A stretch of 32,000 nucleotides of DNA from Desulfotalea psychrophila LSv54 (lineage in GTDB: Bacteria; Desulfobacterota; Desulfobulbia; Desulfobulbales; Desulfocapsaceae). The translations under genes and the position numbers were made by a program. Position 1 is the stretch's first letter. The number at the start of each line of letters is the position of its first letter. Where the stretch lies: positions 1,680,001-1,712,000 of the forward strand of contig NC_006138.1 in the NCBI RefSeq assembly GCF_000025945.1, read 5' to 3'. Below the pieces are notes generated by a model. The model was not told where the DNA came from. It was given only the letters and a program-made list of their open reading frames with translations, and did not search any database. Shown here piece by piece: positions 26,620-32,000 of the stretch.

Positions 26620-27528
26620 ATGATCAGAGAGGTTGGGAAAATGGATTACGATTCAGGCGAGCGAGTTGAAGCCCCCCATGCGAATAGCGAGGGGGCAGGT
26701 GCCGTAGAGGAACAGAGACAAAATCCTTCTATTGAGGTCACTGCCCATAGAATTTGGAAGATCTCTTTAGCCGCTGGGCTGGTTGAGGAATGTCTCAGGG
26801 AAAAATATATAAGCCTCGGTTATGGGGACAGGGTAGATTTCTCAGGGGCCAGAAACAGGCAGGAGCTGATTGAGATGGCCAGTCTGGTAGCTGATCCCGT
26901 ACTGGAGGATGCAGACTACTCTTTTGATATTGCCCGTAGATTTACTCAGGAGATGGCCAAGGGTGATCTGCTTATTATCAGTGATGGTAGAGATAGCCTA
27001 CGGGCCATTGCTCAGGTGGCGGGTGATTACTACTACGATGAGACAAAGGGTAATTACGGTCAGTGTCGCAGGGTGAGATGGCTGAATATCTTTTCTCCTT
27101 CGCGCTCAAGAGCTAAAATTGTCGTAAAAGAATTTTCTCAGGTGCCACTTTATCGTCTCCGTCCACCGATCATAAACCTTGATAGGTTTCAGGAGCTGGT
27201 CGATGAGAGCTGTTTGGAAGGTAGCCGGTCCCTCAGGAGCGGTGACCGAATTGCTGGCTATGAAATCATGGCCATAGGTGATGAGATAATCGAAATAAAG
27301 AGAGGCAAGGGAACTGTCATTTTCCTGATGAGAATCGTTATCGAGGAGTTGTCTCAGCTGGTAACATCCTCGCAAATAATGATCGAAGACATAAGGGAGA
27401 GAAGGGTCTTTGCCAAGGTTGATACGGCCCTGGAGAAGTCTGTCCTTAACGGCTATGCAAATGTTTTAGCCTCATTGGTGGAGAAGAATCTCAGGGCGGG
27501 AATTAGAGTAGATGGTGTTTTGATCTGA
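26620..27528 (+). CDS. Protein of uncertain function with a region resembling the EVE-like reader domain of McrB-type proteins
   Basis: 302-aa ORF; GDLLIISDGRDSLRAIAQVAGDYYYDETKGNYGQCRRVRWL resembles the 'GDLV...RAIGxVxGDYxY...RxVxWL' pattern seen in some McrB-like proteins. Confidence 0.65.
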   Translation: MIREVGKMDYDSGERVEAPHANSEGAGAVEEQRQNPSIEVTAHRIWKISLAAGLVEECLREKYISLGYGDRVDFSGARNRQELIEMASLVADPVLEDADYSFDIARRFTQEMAKGDLLIISDGRDSLRAIAQVAGDYYYDETKGNYGQCRRVRWLNIFSPSRSRAKIVVKEFSQVPLYRLRPPIINLDRFQELVDESCLEGSRSLRSGDRIAGYEIMAIGDEIIEIKRGKGTVIFLMRIVIEELSQLVTSSQIMIEDIRERRVFAKVDTALEKSVLNGYANVLASLVEKNLRAGIRVDGVLI

Positions 27529-27580
27529 GCAGGACATTTCCGCGGGAAGGCATAAAATGGAACTGGAATGGTCTGGGCAT

Positions 27581-27618
27581 AAAAAAACCGCATCCTTTGC
27601 AGGACGCGGTTTTTTTTA
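27581..27618. terminator. Bidirectional intrinsic terminator between convergent genes
   Basis: Inverted repeat with AAAAAACCGCATCCT-TTGC-AGGACGCGGTTTTTTTT: A tract on one side and T tract on the other. Confidence 0.85.
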
Positions 27619-27629
27619 TGCTCTATACT

Positions 27630-28634
27630 TTATAGAGGCTCTTCTTTTAGGGTTGCTGTTGTTAGGGCCAATCCCTTTCTTGCCTTTTCAAGGCTTTCAT
27701 AGGCTGTGGGGTAGAACTGTGGATTAAGTTCAAGTGCCTTTTCAAGGGCAACGATTGCCTCCTTATATCTCCTATGGGTCAGATACTCAAAGCCAATATT
27801 GTTATATGCATATGCCTCGTCCTTTGTTCCCCGCTTAAATGCGCTGAGGGCCTTTTCGAATTTTCCACGTTGGACACAGACTATGGCAAGATTGTTGTAT
27901 ACTTTCTTGTCCTTACTGTTTCTTGTCAATATGGTAAGGATTTTTTCTGCCTCTGCGTACTGTCCGTTTAGGTAGTAGGTAACGGCAAGGTTATTGAGGA
28001 GTGAGCTGTCCTGAGGTCTGTAAGACAATGCCTTTTTAAATTCTTTAACGGCTCTGCCATATTGCTGTTCAGTGCCGTAAATCAAGGCCAAGAAATGGTG
28101 GGCTCGCCATAGCTCATCGTCTAGGGCAATAGCAGTTAAGAGGGCATCCTCTGCTGCTTTAATTTTTTTCAGACCCAATAATGCCTGGCCAAGACCTTCA
28201 TAGGCCAGAGCATCCTCTTCTGATTTTGCCAATAAAAATCTATAGACCTTCTCCGCATCGGCATGTCTGTTTTTCTTTCCCAGGATTTTGCCCTGTTTGT
28301 GCAGGAGTGAAATCTTATTTGGATCAATGGCGAGGGCCTTGACGTAGTTCATGTAGGCCTTCTCAATATCATTTTGTATGAGGTATCTGTCCCCTAGAGC
28401 CTCATACTCCTTCAGGGTTAACTTCTCCTGTTTTTGTGGCTCCTCAGTAAGTTCATAGACCTTTTGCTGACGTTCAATCTGTCTCTGTACACTAAGTTCT
28501 GTAGGATTACTTTGGAAAGATGCACAACCGCCTAATAGGAGTAGTGATGATATACCCAGTAACTTACAGGTATGGTAAAAGCCTTTCCTGCAGAATTCCG
28601 AATGAGATGTGCAAAGAGTAGTCATGTTTATCAT
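27630..28634 (-). CDS. TPR-repeat lipoprotein, TadD-like
   Basis: Lipobox LLLLGGCAS; multiple TPR motifs (AYEGLGQALLGLKKIKAAEDALLTAIALD, SLLNNLAVTYYLNGQYAEAEKIL); adjacent to Tad genes. Confidence 0.85.
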   Translation of the reverse strand: MINMTTLCTSHSEFCRKGFYHTCKLLGISSLLLLGGCASFQSNPTELSVQRQIERQQKVYELTEEPQKQEKLTLKEYEALGDRYLIQNDIEKAYMNYVKALAIDPNKISLLHKQGKILGKKNRHADAEKVYRFLLAKSEEDALAYEGLGQALLGLKKIKAAEDALLTAIALDDELWRAHHFLALIYGTEQQYGRAVKEFKKALSYRPQDSSLLNNLAVTYYLNGQYAEAEKILTILTRNSKDKKVYNNLAIVCVQRGKFEKALSAFKRGTKDEAYAYNNIGFEYLTHRRYKEAIVALEKALELNPQFYPTAYESLEKARKGLALTTATLKEEPL

Positions 28635-28658
28635 CCATTTTTATTGAGGAGAGACCAG

Positions 28659-29789
28659 TTATTTAGAAGAGCTGATTTTTGCAAAATGCCGGGTCAAGCC
28701 TTTGGGAAACTGTATTTTTACCACATCACGACCAAGGGTTAATCTTACCCCAATTCCAGCCCGTCCCAGATCTTTGACCTTTTCAAATTCCTGTGATCCT
28801 GGAACAACCTTGGCAACAGAGTGGGCTAAGGCAAGACAACCCTCCCTATAGTATATCTTGGTATCTTGAATGGTAAACTTGGGTGCATTGGTGATTCTCT
28901 TAACCGAAAAGCCAAGTTTTCTTAAGTAGGCAGCACCCCTTTTAGCCATTCCGGTCACGCCATTGCCATTTGAGATTTCAACTGCGCAACCGGGTAGAGC
29001 CTGTTGAGTCTCTTTAATTGTGGCCCGACGCTTAGGATCTTTGGCTTTAATGATGCCATTATGTGTTCTGGTTGGTTTAACCTTTTTTTCAGTCGCTAGA
29101 ACCGTCTCAACGGAAGGGGCGCCCGTGGCGACAGCAAGGTTTTTTTTCATCTCAGGCTTAGGCGTCTCCACGTACCCGGTCTCAGCACTTATCAGAGGTT
29201 CCTCCGTTAAAGTGGAAAGGGACTCATTTTGAGAGCTTGCCCGTGTTTTTGCCAGGCGGAGGTTATTGCTAATTCGCGTACTGCTACTATCTATTTCATA
29301 AGCTGTGGAAAACAATCTTACTGCCTGATCAGCCTTACCACAGAGCAATCTTGAACAACCGAAATTATTGTATAGATACGCCTTGGGGCTATACTTCAAT
29401 GCCTGGCTATAGGCCCATTCTGCCCCCTCGCAGTTGGCAATCTGGTCGTAGGACATGCCCAGGGCATTATAGGCCTGCACATATTCTTTGTTGAGGTTAA
29501 TAGCCTTGGTGAATTCGTTAATGGCCAGTTGATGTTTATGACCCTTCTGATAATACCGTCCGAGCCTATAATGAGATATTGGTAGATTTGAAACTGGTTT
29601 CACCGCTGACCAGAAGCGGGCATTTGCCTCCTTTGACAATCCCTGTTCATCCAGGAGTTGAGGCGATCCATTGTGCATAGTAGCACTTTCCTGATGGGAA
29701 CTACAGCTGCTGAGAAAGGTCATAAGCAGGAGTAGGAGGAGGAGATGGAAGAACGAAAGTTGTTTGCTGATTTTTTTTCTTTTCATTAT
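28659..29789 (-). CDS. TPR protein with C-terminal LytR_C-like domain, associated with the Tad locus
   Basis: Likely start MKRKKISKQLSFF; lipobox-like FLSSCSS; TPR repeats (YVQAYNALGMSYDQIANCEGAEWAYSQAL); C-terminal CAVEISNGNGVTGMAKRGAAYLRKLGFSVKRITNAPKF...YYREG typical of LytR_C. Confidence 0.8.
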   Translation of the reverse strand: MMKRKKISKQLSFFHLLLLLLLMTFLSSCSSHQESATMHNGSPQLLDEQGLSKEANARFWSAVKPVSNLPISHYRLGRYYQKGHKHQLAINEFTKAINLNKEYVQAYNALGMSYDQIANCEGAEWAYSQALKYSPKAYLYNNFGCSRLLCGKADQAVRLFSTAYEIDSSSTRISNNLRLAKTRASSQNESLSTLTEEPLISAETGYVETPKPEMKKNLAVATGAPSVETVLATEKKVKPTRTHNGIIKAKDPKRRATIKETQQALPGCAVEISNGNGVTGMAKRGAAYLRKLGFSVKRITNAPKFTIQDTKIYYREGCLALAHSVAKVVPGSQEFEKVKDLGRAGIGVRLTLGRDVVKIQFPKGLTRHFAKISSSK

Positions 29790-29790
29790 A

Positions 29791-30672
29791 TCACCCTTGT
29801 ATGATAACACGAAAAACTCTGATCATTGCTGGGCCTAAAATCACCAGAAAAAGTGCAGGGAAAATAAAAAAGATCAGCGGTATTACAAGCTTAACCGGCA
29901 ACTTGGCGGCCATCTCTTCAAGCCTGGAGTATCTCTTTTGCCGCATCTCTTCTGCATGAATCCGTAAGGCATTCGCAACCCCTGTACCGTATTTTTGGGC
30001 CTGAATGAGTAGACTGACAAGATTGTCAATATCCCGTAGGTTTGTCCTCTTCGCCAGGTTCTTCAGACATTCATTTCGTGGTTTGCCTGTTTTGAGTTCA
30101 AGAGAAAGTATTTTGAACTCTTTGGCGAGTTCTGGACTGGTAATATGTATTTCCTGGGCCACTCTGCGAATTGCAGAATCTATTCCCATCCCGGCTTCAA
30201 CACATACCATCAAAAGATCAATTGCATCGGGAAAGGTACGATCAAGCTCCTTCCTCCGGTAATGGCCTCTGATTTTCAACCTGAAAACGGGTAAGAAGTA
30301 GCCGAAAATTCCTGCGAAAATGGCAAAGGCTAATAGTCGTTCTGTGAATGTCCTAAAGCCAACCACATGCGAGATGGTAAGTAGCAGGAGTGGTAAGACT
30401 AAGAGGAAGTAACGGAGCAACTGGTAAGAGCGCAGGCTGGTGGAATCATAAATTCCGGCCCGTTGATAAAATAGGGGGGTACCCGAATAGATGCTCTCCG
30501 TACCAGCCTTCATTTTTGCCCCGGGCAATCCGAGAACGGTCCAGATGGTATGTCCTCCCCTCTCGTTGGCCTTTGCCTTGCCATTGCCGTTGCTGTAGCG
30601 TTTGCACCATTTTTGGGCCCTTGTCACTATATCCTGTTCCATTTTCCACTTACTTATAGATCTTGCTTCCAA
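29791..30672 (-). CDS. tadC: TadC-like type II secretion F-domain protein
   Basis: FPDAIDLLMVCVEAGMGIDSAIRRVAQEI...NLRDIDNLVSLLIQAQKYGTGVANALRIHAEEMRQKRYSRLEEMAAKLPVKLVIPLIFFIFPALFLVILGPA. Confidence 0.9.
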   Translation of the reverse strand: MEARSISKWKMEQDIVTRAQKWCKRYSNGNGKAKANERGGHTIWTVLGLPGAKMKAGTESIYSGTPLFYQRAGIYDSTSLRSYQLLRYFLLVLPLLLLTISHVVGFRTFTERLLAFAIFAGIFGYFLPVFRLKIRGHYRRKELDRTFPDAIDLLMVCVEAGMGIDSAIRRVAQEIHITSPELAKEFKILSLELKTGKPRNECLKNLAKRTNLRDIDNLVSLLIQAQKYGTGVANALRIHAEEMRQKRYSRLEEMAAKLPVKLVIPLIFFIFPALFLVILGPAMIRVFRVIIQG

Positions 30673-30744
30673 TCAAGAGGAGAAGGAGGATGACGACAAA
30701 TAGAGTTCCTGAGAGTAAAATTGGGTTAGTATCCATGTTTTTTC

Positions 30745-31698
30745 TCACATATCAAGTTGAACAAATTTATATATAATAAAACTTCCAAACGACATCATAA
30801 TTACAGCACCTGTAATGAGATAGGGACCAATGGGGTCTGTTATCAGTATAGCTACATACTCTTTGTTTAAAACACTAACAGCTAAGGCAATACAAAACGG
30901 TAGGGCAACGAGAATAATAGCTGAAAGTTTTCCCTCTGCGGAGAGGGCGCGAACCCTCTCTCTGAATCTAAATTTTTTTCGAATGATGGCAGAAATTTTT
31001 TCTAATATTTCAACAAGATTTCCACCTGTTTCCCGTTGAACAATGACCGAGGTAACAAAGTAGCGCAACTCTGTGGAATCAACCCTCTTGGCAAAATTGC
31101 GCAGGGTAGAGTCAATACTTTTTCCGAAGTTTATCTCTTCAACAACAATGGCAAACTCCTCATTTATCGGGGCTGGCATCTCTTCGGAAACCATCTTTAA
31201 ACTTGCCATGATAGAGTGTCCGGCCTTCATGGCATATCCCATGAGATCAAGGGCATCAGGGAAGTGTTCTTCAAAATTTATTCGTCTCTGACGACGTTTT
31301 GACAGTAACCACAGAAAGGGGAGCAAGAGGGCAACAGCGGCAGCAGTAACAGAAACGGCAATGTGATTTTTAAGGAGAAAGAAGCTGACAAGAAAAGCCA
31401 CGGCGGAAAAAAGCAGGGAGGAAAGAATAAAAACACCTGCAAGTATTTTAACTCCACCCTGCTGCATCAGTTCGGCAAGTTTTTTTACCGGAGGTATGGC
31501 GAGGAGGATTTCATTAAATAACTTAATATTACTTAAATTGTTATGATTGAGAGCATCCCTTCTGACCTCTTGGGGAGTAGAATATTTTTCCACCATCATC
31601 TGGATAGAGCGGGAATCTCTTCTCACAATAAGGCTATAGCTTACCTGAAGAATAATTAATATTAAAAAAAATAGAGTTAATGCTAGAAACAGTTCCAT
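30745..31698 (-). CDS. tadB: TadB-like type II secretion F-domain protein
   Basis: FPDALDLMGYAMKAGHSIMASLKMVSEEM...RYFVTSVIVQRETGGNLVEILEKISAIIRKKFRFRERVRALSAEGKLSA. Confidence 0.9.
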   Translation of the reverse strand: MELFLALTLFFLILIILQVSYSLIVRRDSRSIQMMVEKYSTPQEVRRDALNHNNLSNIKLFNEILLAIPPVKKLAELMQQGGVKILAGVFILSSLLFSAVAFLVSFFLLKNHIAVSVTAAAVALLLPFLWLLSKRRQRRINFEEHFPDALDLMGYAMKAGHSIMASLKMVSEEMPAPINEEFAIVVEEINFGKSIDSTLRNFAKRVDSTELRYFVTSVIVQRETGGNLVEILEKISAIIRKKFRFRERVRALSAEGKLSAIILVALPFCIALAVSVLNKEYVAILITDPIGPYLITGAVIMMSFGSFIIYKFVQLDM

Positions 31699-31728
31699 AT
31701 TATACCCCCACCAGTAAGCATTCAGAGG

Positions 31729-32000
31729 TTAGTCCTCATCAAAAGGTGTCTCATTTTCATCAAAAAGTTCTTCGGTTAGTGGCACCCCCATTTGGGTAAA
31801 CTTATCAAAAAATTTAGGCCGTACCCCCCTGACCTCAAAATGACCGCTAACGCCCCCTACCTGGTCAATACCCGTTTGCTCAAAGGCAATTATCTCCTGC
31901 ATACTAATAACATTGCCCTCCATTCCGGTAATTTCCGAAAGGCTCACCACCTTTCTTGAGCCATCAACCAATCTATCCACCTGAATAACCACATTAATTG
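31729..32000 (-). CDS. cpaF: TadA/CpaF-type secretion ATPase, C-terminal end (5' part outside window)
   Basis: VVIQVDRLVDGSRKVVSLSEITGMEGNVISMQEIIAFEQTG is a CpaF C-terminal block; frame remains open to the window edge, so the listed GTG start is probably internal. Confidence 0.88.
   Translation of the reverse strand, partial: INVVIQVDRLVDGSRKVVSLSEITGMEGNVISMQEIIAFEQTGIDQVGGVSGHFEVRGVRPKFFDKFTQMGVPLTEELFDENETPFDED

Noticed and set aside
31729-31992. Separate 87-aa protein
   Set aside because: The sequence is the C-terminal block of CpaF/TadA and the frame stays open to the window edge.

Overview
Bacterial window, all protein-coding as far as I can tell. The gene content resembles a Desulfobacterota-type genome; that is an inference, not a database result. 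From left to right: (1) a TRAP transporter operon (3' end of dctP, dctQ, dctM) followed by a conserved-looking protein of unknown function and a TauE/SafE-type permease; (2) a small zinc-ribbon membrane protein, a phosphoribosyltransferase, a DEDD-type 3'-5' exonuclease, and a hybrid sensor kinase (SBP_bac_3-PAS-PAS-HisKA-HATPase-REC); (3) the centrepiece, a two-partner-secretion locus. It has a 10.9-kb tpsA-like adhesin gene with exactly 16 near-identical 279-bp (93-aa) YDG-type repeats, a separate 4x72-bp repeat block with poly-G tracts, and a downstream tpsB/FhaC-like transporter gene interrupted by one in-frame TAA, followed by a lipoprotein gene; (4) a methyl-accepting chemotaxis protein, a protein resembling the modified-base reader domain of McrB-like proteins, and the distal part of a Tad pilus locus on the minus strand (cpaF/tadA end, tadB, tadC, TPR+LytR_C protein, TPR lipoprotein). 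I saw no CRISPR array, tRNA/rRNA, reverse transcriptase, toxin-antitoxin pair or intact mobile element. The best candidates for follow-up are the adhesin repeat array with its higher-order structure, the possible phase-variation G tracts, and the nonsense-interrupted secretion partner. All comparisons were made by eye.
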